From Candidatus Nitrospinota bacterium M3_3B_026 (GTDB taxonomy: Bacteria > Nitrospinota_A > UBA7883 > JBPRGF01): DNA of 64,000 nucleotides. A model generated the notes under the pieces. The model was given only the letters and a program-made list of their open reading frames with translations, was not told the origin of the DNA and did no database searches. The DNA lies in assembly GCA_051418015.1 (NCBI GenBank), contig JBPRGF010000003.1, positions 184,875 through 248,874 of the forward strand, in the 5' to 3' direction. Made by a program: the position numbers and the translations under genes. Below are positions 46,533 to 57,120 of this stretch, piece after piece (the stretch's first letter is position 1; each line of letters starts with the position of its first letter).

Positions 46533-47819
46533 TCAGCCCCCCGCCCCCCTCGGCAGACTTTTCCTCAGTTTCCACGCCATTCCCCTGACCAGGCCGGGAG
46601 TCACGAAAGAGTCGCTGTTTTCATATGCCCTTCTGAGCCTCATCAGGGAGGACATGTAGTCAGAAAACGCGCTGTGAGATACATCGTAGCCCATCTTTTC
46701 CATCTCCCCAGCCAGGGCAGACTGTATGAACGTAATTTCCTCTGGCGTCAGGCGTTTTCGCCAATAATCCACCGTGTTTCGCCCAACCTCGCCCGCGCCG
46801 GGGGCGCGGTCCGGGTGGCCCGTGTTGGCTGAGGCTGGCAGGCCGTTGATCGTGGGCGAGACGAGCGAATCCTCATAGTCTATCTCCAGGAACTCGCAAA
46901 TGCTCTTCATCTCGCGCCGCGTTTCGCCAACCAGCCGTTCATAGTAAACCACGTGGTAAACGTCCGGCCCCAGCCGGCGGAGGTTCTCTCTCGCCGCGCG
47001 CATGGCCGCGTCCAACAGGTCCACCTCCCTTTGGATGTCGAACCATCTTCCCTTCATTCCCTGCCTTCGTTTCTGGGAGGCGACGACAGCCTCCGGGCGC
47101 CTGATTATGTGAATGAACCTTGCGTCCGGGAAAAGCTCGACCAGGGCTGTGGTGTCGAAGATGTTATGGGTGGATTTTTCCACCATGTATTTTTTTTGCC
47201 TCGGGTCCGCTCCTTCTCCCATAACCTGCCACAGGGCGTTCGCTACCCCCACCATGACGCTTTTTGTCCCGGCTTCCTGCTCACGGACAAGCCAGGCCAG
47301 AGCCCTGATGAGGTCAATGTACGGCCCCACCCTGGGCTCACCGCCGCTCAGGACCCAGCTCGGCCTTTGACCGAGGTTGGGCATTATAAGTTGCGTGAGG
47401 AGCGTTTTCGTCATATTGCGCAGCCTTTCGAAGCCTTCTCCGCGCCGGAGCGCGTTTGTCGCCCAGTCATACCCGGCTCCATCCAGCGGCAGCGTGAACA
47501 GCACCGAATGCCCATCGAGCAGGTTTCTCAAAAGAGTAGTGCCGGTCTTGTGCCCACCGCCGATGAAAACCGGGCGCTCCGCCAGGGCGGACGCCGCGCC
47601 GTCCGGCGCCACTGGGTTCTCCATGCCTTCGTAGGCTATGGCCGAACAAAGCCGGTCGAAATCCTCCGGGCTCTTGAGCGCCTCGTCCCCCCGGCCCCCT
47701 TTCGAGGGCGGGGGAGCGGTGGATATTTTTTCAAGGTCGCGGTGGACTGACGCCGCCAACTCTTCGATGTTCGGCCTCGCGCTTTCCTGATGAGCGTTTT
47801 TCAAATCGACATGCTCCAT
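46533..47819 (-). CDS. PAPS-dependent sulfotransferase
   Basis: 5'-PSB loop FIGGGHKTGTTLL, VEKS, 3'-PB FIHIIRRPEAVVAS, YERLV...ICEFLEI. Confidence 0.82.
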   Translation of the reverse strand: MEHVDLKNAHQESARPNIEELAASVHRDLEKISTAPPPSKGGRGDEALKSPEDFDRLCSAIAYEGMENPVAPDGAASALAERPVFIGGGHKTGTTLLRNLLDGHSVLFTLPLDGAGYDWATNALRRGEGFERLRNMTKTLLTQLIMPNLGQRPSWVLSGGEPRVGPYIDLIRALAWLVREQEAGTKSVMVGVANALWQVMGEGADPRQKKYMVEKSTHNIFDTTALVELFPDARFIHIIRRPEAVVASQKRRQGMKGRWFDIQREVDLLDAAMRAARENLRRLGPDVYHVVYYERLVGETRREMKSICEFLEIDYEDSLVSPTINGLPASANTGHPDRAPGAGEVGRNTVDYWRKRLTPEEITFIQSALAGEMEKMGYDVSHSAFSDYMSSLMRLRRAYENSDSFVTPGLVRGMAWKLRKSLPRGAGG

Positions 47820-47868
47820 ATCCCTTCCAGCCTTGGAGTCCTCAATTATTATTCCGTTCAGCCGTTTT

Positions 47869-48960
47869 TCATCGCTTGTTGACCAGCTCGGTGATAAAAT
47901 CGGCGTGTTCCCTCGCCACGACTTCCGTCGAATAGTATTTGCGGACAACCTCCCTGGCGGCGCGCTCCTCGGCGCCGATGTCGACTCTCCCTGAAAGGAG
48001 ATCTTCCAGCGCCCCCTCCCATCCCGCGTCGTCATGAAGCACCCTGACCCCGGCGCCCCGCGCCCTGTCGTGGATCTTTACGTAGCTTGGAACAGGGGAG
48101 CACAGCGCCATCCTGCCGCAGGCCATCGGCAACGTGATCTTCCATTCCGTGTGGCCCATGTTGTACGAGTTGTCCAGAAACCTCGGCGCGATGGCCACTC
48201 CTCCCCGCGAATATACCTCAAAAAGCTCCTCGACCGAGCGATAGGGGATGATCCTGCTCGGAACCTTCGCCATCAGGGCCTCGAACCGCTCCTTCAGGCC
48301 CGGCTTCCAGCGGCTCAGGGCGTCCAGATCGTTGGTCACCAACACGAGCTCAACCCTGTCGGCGAACTTGAGCAAGGGCTTTTCGATGGCCAGAATCTCG
48401 AAAAGCTTAAGCGACACGCCGCTCCACAGCAGGGGCAGCCTGCCGTCCGCCGCGCGCCATCGGCGCCATGAGGGGACGATGTCCATGTTGACGCTGTCGG
48501 GTATCCATCGAACGCGATCGTTGAACCGTCCGCACACCCCGGCGAGAAACTCGGAGTCGGCGATCACGCCGTCGGCGGCGCTGGTTATCTGCTTCGCGTC
48601 CTCCATCTGTTTTTCCGATGGAAGCATGTTTTCGTAGTATTCAGCTCCGCGCCGCTCATAGTAATTCACGTTCGCGTCAAATATCGCGGCCCTGCCGGCG
48701 GATTGAGCGCGGCGCAGAAGGTCCATGCTCCGCTCTCCCATGGACTTCTGGAACAAGAGCGCGTCGAAACCCCGCCATCGGCTGTAAAGCTCGTAGCGCG
48801 CCCCCAGCTCCGGCCTGGAGTTCACGTAGTCGCCGAGCCAGACAAACCGCGCCAGGCTGGAGCCGCCGAAACCCATCCTCCGCCTGGCGAAAAGCCTCGG
48901 CCGGTCGAGTAGGTCGCCGATGACCCACCCCACCTTGACCAGTTTTTTCCCGCGCGTCAT
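47869..48960 (-). CDS. Putative GT-B fold glycosyltransferase
   Basis: ADGVIADSEFL, WIPDSV, LLWSG, KITLPMACG...SPVPSY, VVRKYYS; position within the glycan operon. Confidence 0.6.
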   Translation of the reverse strand: MTRGKKLVKVGWVIGDLLDRPRLFARRRMGFGGSSLARFVWLGDYVNSRPELGARYELYSRWRGFDALLFQKSMGERSMDLLRRAQSAGRAAIFDANVNYYERRGAEYYENMLPSEKQMEDAKQITSAADGVIADSEFLAGVCGRFNDRVRWIPDSVNMDIVPSWRRWRAADGRLPLLWSGVSLKLFEILAIEKPLLKFADRVELVLVTNDLDALSRWKPGLKERFEALMAKVPSRIIPYRSVEELFEVYSRGGVAIAPRFLDNSYNMGHTEWKITLPMACGRMALCSPVPSYVKIHDRARGAGVRVLHDDAGWEGALEDLLSGRVDIGAEERAAREVVRKYYSTEVVAREHADFITELVNKR

Positions 48961-48967
48961 CCGCCGA

Positions 48968-49867
48968 TCAGCCTTCCGGGGCCAGCGACTCCCGGAGTTC
49001 ACGCTCCCAGCCGAGGTCTTCTCCGATAAGCTCGTACAGCCTCTCGTTGTGAGGCCGGAAAAACTCCGCCATCTCCTCCGCCAGCCGGGGGTCGATGGGG
49101 ACGTCGTAGTCCCCCCTTCTTCCCACCCGGAACTCGCGAGGACGGTGTCCTGGCAGGCCCAGGAAATCGAACACCCTGTCCAGCGTCCTTTGAGGGTTTT
49201 CGAAAAACGATTCGCTTTTCAGGAAAAGGAAGCTCTCGCGCGGGAAACATTCCAGCCACCTGGCGATACTCTCGGCGTATAGTCCCTTCCTCAGGTAACG
49301 CGCCGGGTTGTGCTCCGCCTCCGCCGCCGCCTCCACGAGGGGGGCGAGCCCGGGATCCGAAAGCCATTCGATGTTGCGCCTGGCGACACTTTCGAACGGG
49401 CCGTTTATCACACCGCGGCCCTTGAGCATCTGGTAGTCGGAGTATGCCCTCGTGACGGGGTTTCGCAAGAGGACGATCAGCTTCACCGACGGCAGCAGCG
49501 CCGCCACGTGCCGCGGGACGCGCGGTTTCGACAGATACTCCGCGCTCGCCTCGCCGGTGACGAATTTCCTGGAAAGGATTTTCTCACGGAAAACTTTTCT
49601 ATGAAAAGGCGGGTAATGGCTTTTGAGGTAGACCATGCTCTGAGGGTACTGAATAAAATTGTTCGGCTCCTTCCTGTCAGCGGGAAAGATGTCCGGGTGG
49701 TCCACCATGTAGATGTAGAGCGACGTGGTGCCGCACTTGGCCTCGCCGGGGATTATGAAGCCCGGCTTCACGCGCAACGGGCTCGTGAGCAGCCGAAAAT
49801 CCCTTTTGAAATCGCGGTTGAGAAAGCTCACTTCGTTATTAATATGCGCGATCGCCTGGCCATCCAC
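48968..49867 (-). CDS. PAPS-dependent sulfotransferase (heparan-sulfate sulfotransferase-like pattern)
   Basis: GEAKCGTTSL, HPDI...KEPNNF, GEASAEY, LLRNPVTRAYSDY, GLYAESIARW, FFRPHNERL. Confidence 0.9.
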   Translation of the reverse strand: MDGQAIAHINNEVSFLNRDFKRDFRLLTSPLRVKPGFIIPGEAKCGTTSLYIYMVDHPDIFPADRKEPNNFIQYPQSMVYLKSHYPPFHRKVFREKILSRKFVTGEASAEYLSKPRVPRHVAALLPSVKLIVLLRNPVTRAYSDYQMLKGRGVINGPFESVARRNIEWLSDPGLAPLVEAAAEAEHNPARYLRKGLYAESIARWLECFPRESFLFLKSESFFENPQRTLDRVFDFLGLPGHRPREFRVGRRGDYDVPIDPRLAEEMAEFFRPHNERLYELIGEDLGWERELRESLAPEG

Positions 49868-49899
49868 AGAAACACCGGACTGCGGGTAAGCCCCCCTTG

Positions 49900-50619
49900 T
49901 TACTCCGCGGCGCCGTTTTTCCTCGCGATGAAAAAATATCCGCCATGGTATTTGTTCAGCCGGCTGTTTTCTTTGACGAGCCCGGTGTTGTCCAGCAAAA
50001 CGATGACATCCATTATCGGGAACATCAAGTAACCGAGGTATTTCAATCTCGTTTCAGCGGATATTACCCAGACTCGGATCATTTCCATGATAATCATGAA
50101 ATATCCGCCTATCCGCTCTTCCACCTCCATGACAAATCCCGCTTTCCCCAGTTCGATTCTCCACTTATCAATGGTCCATCTTTGGAAATCATACGGATCG
50201 GCGTGGACAGGGACAAGAAAGGGAACTGAAATAATAATAACTCCACCAACCTTGAGAACGCGGACGCACTCTTCCAGAGCCCTGCGCATATCATATACAT
50301 GTTCAAAAAGGTTTATCGCGTTAATACAATCGACGCTCTTATCATCCACAACACCCTTCATGTTAGCTATATCAAGGACAATGTCTGGGTTGTGCTTCTC
50401 TTCAATATCCGCGAAAATCCATTTATCAACGTCCTGCTTCGGTTTTGCGAAAGCGCCCCTGTCTCTTCCGCCAACATCCAGAACCACGCCTTTATAATAC
50501 GGCTTATGCTTTTCAAGGAGCGCGTCCAGTGTTTTTCTGTAGCAACTGGCCTGGAAATAATATCGGTTGAAGGTTTTCTCAAAGATATCTCGTCTTAGTC
50601 GTCGAAGCCAGGCTAACAT
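49900..50619 (-). CDS. Class I SAM-dependent methyltransferase (low-GC gene)
   Basis: VLDVGG, NLFEHV, RVLKVGG, VPFLVPVHADPYDFQRWT. Confidence 0.88.
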   Translation of the reverse strand: MLAWLRRLRRDIFEKTFNRYYFQASCYRKTLDALLEKHKPYYKGVVLDVGGRDRGAFAKPKQDVDKWIFADIEEKHNPDIVLDIANMKGVVDDKSVDCINAINLFEHVYDMRRALEECVRVLKVGGVIIISVPFLVPVHADPYDFQRWTIDKWRIELGKAGFVMEVEERIGGYFMIIMEMIRVWVISAETRLKYLGYLMFPIMDVIVLLDNTGLVKENSRLNKYHGGYFFIARKNGAAE

Positions 50620-51560
50620 GGTGTATCCGGTGTATCTTCTGACTGTTGCTGTGTTAATACATCGGCTCCAGCGATCCTGGCTTCGTAAGCTTTCATCAAC
50701 TCCCTGAGCAAAAACCCTGGCCCGTGCGTTTTGAGGCGGAGGACGAGGTCCTTGTTGAGCGTCCCCTTCCGCAGGACGCCGCTCCAGAAGACAGGGTACG
50801 GCCCCTCGTAATAACGGGTGATGAACCTCGTGGAATCATCAAACCTGTCTCTGACGCGGCGGCCGAACATCCTGCCCGCGGCGAACCCGGCGGCGGCCAC
50901 GGCAAAACGTTCCGCGTGGACGAGCCCAACGCGCGCGCGGCTTGCGCTCATTTTGAAGCCGCAAATCCTGTACGATCTCTCCATCCACCCCTCCGGCAGC
51001 CCGGCGCCTTCCCCGCCCGTCTTTCGCTCGAATATCCATGGCGTCCGCTCATGCGGCGCCAGCCCGTCCATGGCCGAGTCCAGAACGGCCGCGAGGGATT
51101 CAATATCCCACAACGCCGGGTGGAGCTGGAATTTCCACCTGAAACCTCTCGAGACCTTCTCCATGCCGTAATACGCCCCGCCGAGGACGGCGCCGCTCAG
51201 CGGTCTGCCCTGCCCCCAGCCGTTGAGGGAGATGTTTATCGCGCCCAGATCGTCCATAAGCGCGGGCAGCGTGCCGTTCAAATGCTCCTCGTGGCATCGC
51301 GCGAGCGGCGGATGGTCGTCCAGGATCAGGTACAGCTTGGTGTATCCCATCTTGAGAAGGTCGCCGCAGGCGCTGCGGTGGATGCCCATCCAGTCCCTGG
51401 GGTCGTCTCTCAACGGAATGATCCCATCGCCCTTGGCGCCAGGGAGGCCGCAGACATAAACGGGGGGATGGCCGGGCCAGAAGCGGCCTATCATGCGCCC
51501 GGTGAGTTTTGCCACCCATCCGTAGCTCTCCGACGTGGAAATGAGAACGCATACGCTCAT
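50613..51560 (-). CDS. Hypothetical protein, possibly a GT-A-like glycan-modifying enzyme
   Basis: Coupled to neighbours by overlapping start/stop codons; YLILDDH and TPWIFE motifs. Confidence 0.55.
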   Translation of the reverse strand: MSVCVLISTSESYGWVAKLTGRMIGRFWPGHPPVYVCGLPGAKGDGIIPLRDDPRDWMGIHRSACGDLLKMGYTKLYLILDDHPPLARCHEEHLNGTLPALMDDLGAINISLNGWGQGRPLSGAVLGGAYYGMEKVSRGFRWKFQLHPALWDIESLAAVLDSAMDGLAPHERTPWIFERKTGGEGAGLPEGWMERSYRICGFKMSASRARVGLVHAERFAVAAAGFAAGRMFGRRVRDRFDDSTRFITRYYEGPYPVFWSGVLRKGTLNKDLVLRLKTHGPGFLLRELMKAYEARIAGADVLTQQQSEDTPDTPC

Positions 51561-52357
51561 GATCCAAAAAACGCCGAAACGTCCACCGTCACCAGGTCCC
51601 CACGCATATATTTTCTATTTTTGTACATCTCATCCCCGCCCGGCGGCGTCATCCCGAGCAGGCGCTTTACGGCGCCGAGCCTTCCCCGCGCCGTCTTTTC
51701 CATGATGTTCTCCCTTGGACGCCCTTCGTCAGCGTCAAGGCTACTCCTTTTCAGAAAACATGTGTGCAAAAGCCGGAAAGGCGACGTCTCCCAATCATGC
51801 TCTTCGTACATGCTGAAACGGCTCGACTCCGACCAGCCTTCCCGAAACTTTATCTCCCCCCCGTGCAGGCGCTCGGCCACGGGGCCGTTCCAGCTCTCTA
51901 TCGCGCCGAAGTTGTAGAGCTTTGTCATGCTCCTGCACGGCGGGGCCATGTAGCCGGAGGCGCGCATCGACTCGTAGTTTATATCCACGGCGTTGAGGAC
52001 GTTCCCGTAAATCTTCCACCACCGGTCGTATCGCCCCTCGAGCATCTCTTCTCTCAACTTCACAAGCCCCGCTGGGTCGTATATCTCGTCGCCGTCCACG
52101 CCCAGAACCCAGGCGCGCTTGCCCGCGTATCCACGGATCATCTCGTGAGAGGCGCCGGGATGTCTTATCCTGCGCGCCTCGATCTTCTCATGCTCCGCCG
52201 CAAGCCTTTGGGCGATCTTCCACGTGCCGTCTTTGGAACAGTTGTCGGCGATGATGATCCGGTCACAAAAATCGAGCGTGTTCAGGATCGCCCGCTCGAG
52301 GAACACGTCCTCGTTCCTGACGAGCGCGACGCCGACGATGGTGGTCTTCTCCGCCAT
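51557..52357 (-). CDS. GT2-like glycosyltransferase
   Basis: LVRNEDVFL, IIADNCSKDGT, WVLGVDGDEIY. Confidence 0.8.
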   Translation of the reverse strand: MAEKTTIVGVALVRNEDVFLERAILNTLDFCDRIIIADNCSKDGTWKIAQRLAAEHEKIEARRIRHPGASHEMIRGYAGKRAWVLGVDGDEIYDPAGLVKLREEMLEGRYDRWWKIYGNVLNAVDINYESMRASGYMAPPCRSMTKLYNFGAIESWNGPVAERLHGGEIKFREGWSESSRFSMYEEHDWETSPFRLLHTCFLKRSSLDADEGRPRENIMEKTARGRLGAVKRLLGMTPPGGDEMYKNRKYMRGDLVTVDVSAFFGS

Positions 52358-52363
52358 CGGCCT

Positions 52364-53383
52364 TCAGCCGTCCCGCCTTTCCATGTGTGTTTCGAAGGCG
52401 AGCCGCTGGATGACGTCGGAGTATTCCATGCACATCCTGTCGCCCGAGGGCATGTTCTCCATCAGCCTGCGCCTGTGCTGCTCATACTCATCCCGCATCT
52501 TCAATATAGCCTCCCCGGCGTCGTCCCTGAATGCCACGCCGTACTTGCGCCCCGCCTCGACGATCCCACCTCCATCCTCGTGGTAGATCAGCGGCAGGCC
52601 GCATTGCGCCCCTTCCACGTGGCTCATCCCGCACGGCTCCCACAGGCTGGCGATTATGTACGCGTGGCACTGGCGCAGCTTCCCGGCGAGATCATCCCCG
52701 CTCGTCGGTGGAAACGTCCGTGCGGCCTTCCATTCCATGTCATCAGGCCAGCGGCCGATCACCCACAGCTCCACGCCTGGCACGGCGCCCGACGCGATGA
52801 GCCTGTCAACACGCTCATACACGTCAAACCCTTTCATGCGGTTCGACGACCAATGGTGCGTCACGATCCTGAAAGGGCCGTCCCCCGAAAAGCGCGCCGC
52901 GCCGATGGGATTAAACACGGCAGGGTCCGCGCCGTTGTATACAACCTTGTGGGGCCGGGACGTATCGAACCACCGCCCGGCGTGATAGTCTCTGACCCAC
53001 CCGGATATGAACACCGTGTAGTCGGCCAGCGCGTTGGCCTCCTCGAGCATTCCATCCATGAAGCCTGTGTTCTTGCGCTTGTCGCACTCGTTTACGCGGT
53101 GCAGGACTTTTACGCTTCGATGGCGATCTTTGTAGTCGGCGATCTGTTTCGGGCCGAACGGCTTGTTGGCCGCCTCGCGCGGATCCACCAGAACGATGAC
53201 GTCCACGTCGCCGGCCAGGTCGAAACAGATCTCGTAGCCGCGTCTTTCCAGGTGCGCGGCCAGCTGGGCCACGAACGGGCTGGAGCCGCCCCAGGGCCCG
53301 GCCACCGGCTTCATGTTGAACGCGACGCGCGCGATGGGCCTTTTGCCGAAAAGCCTCGCCGCGCCGCGGCGCAGGTTTACCAT
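52364..53383 (-). CDS. Putative GT-B (GT4-like) glycosyltransferase
   Basis: GPWGGSSPF, VVYNGAD, HWSSNRMKG, ASLWEPCGMSHVEGAQCGLP (E-x7-E). Confidence 0.7.
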   Translation of the reverse strand: MVNLRRGAARLFGKRPIARVAFNMKPVAGPWGGSSPFVAQLAAHLERRGYEICFDLAGDVDVIVLVDPREAANKPFGPKQIADYKDRHRSVKVLHRVNECDKRKNTGFMDGMLEEANALADYTVFISGWVRDYHAGRWFDTSRPHKVVYNGADPAVFNPIGAARFSGDGPFRIVTHHWSSNRMKGFDVYERVDRLIASGAVPGVELWVIGRWPDDMEWKAARTFPPTSGDDLAGKLRQCHAYIIASLWEPCGMSHVEGAQCGLPLIYHEDGGGIVEAGRKYGVAFRDDAGEAILKMRDEYEQHRRRLMENMPSGDRMCMEYSDVIQRLAFETHMERRDG

Positions 53384-53459
53384 CGCCGGGACTCCCCGAT
53401 CGCGCTGCGCGGTTTCTCTCTCATGGGCGCGATAACGGAAGACAAAACAGAACGAGGCG

Positions 53460-54203
53460 TCATGATCCGTTTTTCTTCAAGACCAGCGTATAGCCGTTTT
53501 TCTTGTACTTTCTGAACCCCAGTTTTCTCGCGGCGGCCCTTCCCAGCGAAACCGCCGTGTCGAGCAGGGGGTTTGCGCTGGCGAGAAAAACCCCGTCATC
53601 ATCTCCCAGGTCTCTGTACCTATACACGAGGTCGAGCGGCTTATAGCCCTTGGACACGGCGTCAGCCGACGGATTGGAAGACGCGGAGCAAAGGTACTTG
53701 ATGAAAACCTCGGGGTTGTATGGCTTCGCGTGGCTGAGGTCGCCGTAGAACCCGGACCATAGAAGCGGCGCGCTTATGACCAGAGCGCCTCCGTCGGCGA
53801 GGACCCTGTCCACCTCTTTCAGGAAGCCGTAAAGCTCGTTCGGCGCGAGGTGCTCCACCATGTGGCTGCAATGGATGAAGCGCGCCTCGCCGCCGCCGAA
53901 GGGCAGCCTGTCCGGCGCCCTCCAGTGGGCCGCGTTCGAAAACTCTTTCTTCAGCCCGGCCACCGCCGACTCGTTCCCGTCCAGCAGCCACAGGTTAGGG
54001 TAAATGCCCGCCAGCCCCAACGTCCTGGCGAACGACCCGTCGCCCGCGCCGATGTCAACGACCAGCGCGTCCCTTTCCTCGGGCAGGTATTTCTCCGCGA
54101 GCCTGTAGAAAGGCTCCCGGTTTCTCCCGGTGTATCGGGCGCGCTCTGCCCGGGCGCGTCTCACGGCCGCCAGCTTCGTCTTTATCCTCTCGAACGTCAT
54201 CAC
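53460..54203 (-). CDS. Class I SAM-dependent methyltransferase
   Basis: VVDIGAGDG, CSHMVEHL, RVLADGG, FYGDLSH. Confidence 0.88.
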   Translation of the reverse strand: MMTFERIKTKLAAVRRARAERARYTGRNREPFYRLAEKYLPEERDALVVDIGAGDGSFARTLGLAGIYPNLWLLDGNESAVAGLKKEFSNAAHWRAPDRLPFGGGEARFIHCSHMVEHLAPNELYGFLKEVDRVLADGGALVISAPLLWSGFYGDLSHAKPYNPEVFIKYLCSASSNPSADAVSKGYKPLDLVYRYRDLGDDDGVFLASANPLLDTAVSLGRAAARKLGFRKYKKNGYTLVLKKNGS

Positions 54204-56080
54204 TTTTGAACGCCTCTCACATCACCATAGGGGCGAAGCCGTTCGGCGTCTTCGCCGGACTCCAGGAACTGGTAGTTGTACAGCCTGCCGTATGTCGGGC
54301 TTTGGGACATCAGCTCGTCATGGGGCCCCACGGCCTCGACTCCTCCGTCGTTCACCACCACGATCTTGTCGGCGTGCATGACCGTGGAGAGCCTGTGGGC
54401 GATCACTATCATGGTCATCTCCCTTGTCATCCTGTCTATGGCCTTCTGCACCTCCCGCTCCGACTCGCTGTCCAGCGAGCTTGTGGCCTCATCGAGGGCT
54501 AGGATGGAGGGGCGGCCGTAGACGGCCCTGGCGATGGCTATCCTCTGGCGCTGCCCCCCGGACAGCCTCACGCCGCGGTCCCCCACCACGGTGTCCAGCC
54601 CGCCGGGCAGCTTCGCGACGAAGCCCTCGGCGTTGGCGACCCACAGAGCGTGCCTGAGGTCGTCCTCGTTTTCCTTGCGGTTGAAGACAATATTTTCCCG
54701 GACGGTGTCGTTGAAAAGAAGGCTCTCCTGCGCCACAACGCCGAAGTTTCTCCTGTAACTTTTCTGGGTGAACTCGCGTATGTCCACGCCGTCGTAAGTC
54801 ACGCGGCCCTCGTCCACGTCGTACAACCGCAAAACGATGTCCACCAGCGTGGATTTGCCAGCGCCGCTCGGCCCCACGATGGCGGTCATCTCGCCGCGCT
54901 TTATGATCAGGTTGATGCCCCGCAGCACCGGTGTTTTCTCTTCATAGCCAAAGCGGACGTTTTCCAGCACTATCTCTTTTTCGAGCTTCCCGGCCTGTTT
55001 GTCGCCGTCCTTGATGGAGCTTTTCGCCTCCAGCAGCTCCATGACCCGCCTCGCGCCGCCGAGCATGTTCTGGGCGTTTATCACCTCGTTGAAGAACTGC
55101 GAGACCGGCGTGAGCAACTGCTGTGAAAGGAAGAAGATGAGAGCCGCCGCCTGCAGCGTCAACCTCCCCTCGACTATGGAATGGAACGCAAGCATGATAA
55201 CGACGCCCACCAGGAAAGCGTCCGCCACCATCCGAACGGGCGTCTGCATGTAAAGGAGAATCCGGAGCCTCTCCGTGGATTTGCGAAAAGTCTCCGCCGC
55301 CCCGGCCGTCTTGGCGGCGTCGTAGCGTTCGGCGGCGAAGGATTTTATGACCCGTATGCCGGCGAAGCTCTCCGTCAGGCTGGAGGCGAGTGTTCCTCTC
55401 GTATCGGTCACGTCAACGGACTTCTTTATCACGCTTCTGCCGAGCCTGGCCGTTATCAGGAAATGAACTGACCCAATCAGGAGAAGGAAGACGGTGAAAA
55501 GCGCGTCCGTCCTGAAAAGTATCATCACCGTCACGCATGTCTGCGCAAGCGATTGCAGCATCCCCCGCGCCACGGAGTCCATGGAGTTCGCCGTGGCGAC
55601 GACGTCGCCGGTGAGGCGGGAGACCAGATCGCCCCCTCTTTTCCGTTGAAGGAAGCCGAAGGACAGGGACAGCAGGTTCCTGTGCAGCGTGACGATCATG
55701 TCGTACTGCATGGCCGTCTTGATCCGCGTGAGGAGGACATGGGCCGCCATGTTCAGCGACGCCACCACGAGGGCCAGCAGAAAATAGAGAACCGCCACGA
55801 AAAAACCGACGGCCATGATGTTGTCGGCCTCCAGACCGGAGATATCGAGCAGGGTGGGGCCGAGGTTGTTCAGGGAGAGGTCGCCAAAACCCGCCGCAGG
55901 CTCGGACCTGGTTTTGGCGAAGACATCCAGCGCCGGCGCTATGACAAGCGGCCTCAGGCTCATCAGGAACCCGATGACCACGTTGAACGCCACGACAAGG
56001 GCCACCTTCCGCCAGTACGGCCGCAAAAAGCGGTTAAACAGCGCGGCGGCGGAGGCTATATCTTTTCGCGCCGATTCCAT
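54200..56080 (-). CDS. ABC exporter with fused TMD and NBD (MsbA/PglK-like), probable lipid-linked glycan flippase
   Basis: TM domain plus GPSGAGKST, LSGGQRQR, LDEATSSLD, IAHRLST; embedded in the glycan operon. Confidence 0.9.
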   Translation of the reverse strand: MESARKDIASAAALFNRFLRPYWRKVALVVAFNVVIGFLMSLRPLVIAPALDVFAKTRSEPAAGFGDLSLNNLGPTLLDISGLEADNIMAVGFFVAVLYFLLALVVASLNMAAHVLLTRIKTAMQYDMIVTLHRNLLSLSFGFLQRKRGGDLVSRLTGDVVATANSMDSVARGMLQSLAQTCVTVMILFRTDALFTVFLLLIGSVHFLITARLGRSVIKKSVDVTDTRGTLASSLTESFAGIRVIKSFAAERYDAAKTAGAAETFRKSTERLRILLYMQTPVRMVADAFLVGVVIMLAFHSIVEGRLTLQAAALIFFLSQQLLTPVSQFFNEVINAQNMLGGARRVMELLEAKSSIKDGDKQAGKLEKEIVLENVRFGYEEKTPVLRGINLIIKRGEMTAIVGPSGAGKSTLVDIVLRLYDVDEGRVTYDGVDIREFTQKSYRRNFGVVAQESLLFNDTVRENIVFNRKENEDDLRHALWVANAEGFVAKLPGGLDTVVGDRGVRLSGGQRQRIAIARAVYGRPSILALDEATSSLDSESEREVQKAIDRMTREMTMIVIAHRLSTVMHADKIVVVNDGGVEAVGPHDELMSQSPTYGRLYNYQFLESGEDAERLRPYGDVRGVQK

Positions 56081-56134
56081 TTCAGACCAAAGACCGCGCC
56101 AACCGGCGCGTTTGAAATATCCAAAAGCCGGCTC

Positions 56135-57082
56135 TCACAGGCGAACCGTCCCTTCTTCAAGCGCGGAAACATACCATTCGTAAGTCCTGGCTATGCCGGT
56201 CCTCAAGTCCGTGGGCGCCCTCCAGCCGAGTGCGTCGAGGCGCGATACGTCCATAAGCTTGCGGGGTGTCCCGTCCGGCTTGGACGTGTCAAACTTTATG
56301 CCGCCGTCAAAACCGGTCACTTCCTTGATCGTCTCCGCCAGCTCGCGGATCGTCACGTCCCGCCCCACGCCGATGTTGATTATCTCCGGGCCGGAGTAAT
56401 TTTCCATCAGAAATACGCAGGCCTCCGCCATGTCGTCGACGAACATGAACTCCCGCCGCGGCGAGCCGCTGCCCCACACCACAACGTGGGGGTCTCCGGC
56501 CTGCTTCGCCTCGTGGGTCTTTCGCAGAAGGGCCGGCAGGACGTGGCTGTTCGCAAGGTCGAAGTTGTCGTTTATCCCATACAGGTTCGTGGGCATAACG
56601 TTGATGAAGTCCGCGCCGTACTGCCGGTTGTAGGCCTGGATCATCTTTATCCCGGCGATCTTCGCCACGGCGTAAGGCTCGTTGGTCGGCTCCAGCGGGC
56701 CGGAGAGCAGATATTCCTCCTTGATCGGCTGCGGGCAGTCCCGGGGGTAGATGCAGGACGACCCCAGGAACAAAAGCTTCCTGACACCCGTCGCCCAGGC
56801 GTTATGTATGACGTTGAGCTGCATCCGCAGGTTCTGGTAAATGAAGTCGGCCGGGTATGTCTTGTTGGCCAGTATGCCACCCACTTTGGCGGCGGCCAGG
56901 AAGACGTATTCCGGTTTTTCCGTCCTGAAAAACTCCTCCACGGGGATCGGATCCAAAAGGTCAAGCTCTTCTCTATCCCTGGTGTGGATATTCGTATAGC
57001 CGTGTTTCTTCAGGGCCCGCGTAATAGCGGAGCCCGCCAGTCCCCTGTGGCCCGCCACGAATATTCTGGAATTTTTGTTCAT
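56135..57082 (-). CDS. fcl: GDP-L-fucose synthase
   Basis: AGHRGLAGSA, AAKVGGI, LGSSCIYP, NEPYAVAK, MPTNLYG, SHVLPAL, KPDGTPRK. Confidence 0.96.
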   Translation of the reverse strand: MNKNSRIFVAGHRGLAGSAITRALKKHGYTNIHTRDREELDLLDPIPVEEFFRTEKPEYVFLAAAKVGGILANKTYPADFIYQNLRMQLNVIHNAWATGVRKLLFLGSSCIYPRDCPQPIKEEYLLSGPLEPTNEPYAVAKIAGIKMIQAYNRQYGADFINVMPTNLYGINDNFDLANSHVLPALLRKTHEAKQAGDPHVVVWGSGSPRREFMFVDDMAEACVFLMENYSGPEIINIGVGRDVTIRELAETIKEVTGFDGGIKFDTSKPDGTPRKLMDVSRLDALGWRAPTDLRTGIARTYEWYVSALEEGTVRL

Positions 57083-57120
57083 TTATCCGCCGCCCTCGCG
57101 AAAAACCGAAAACCCCGTGT

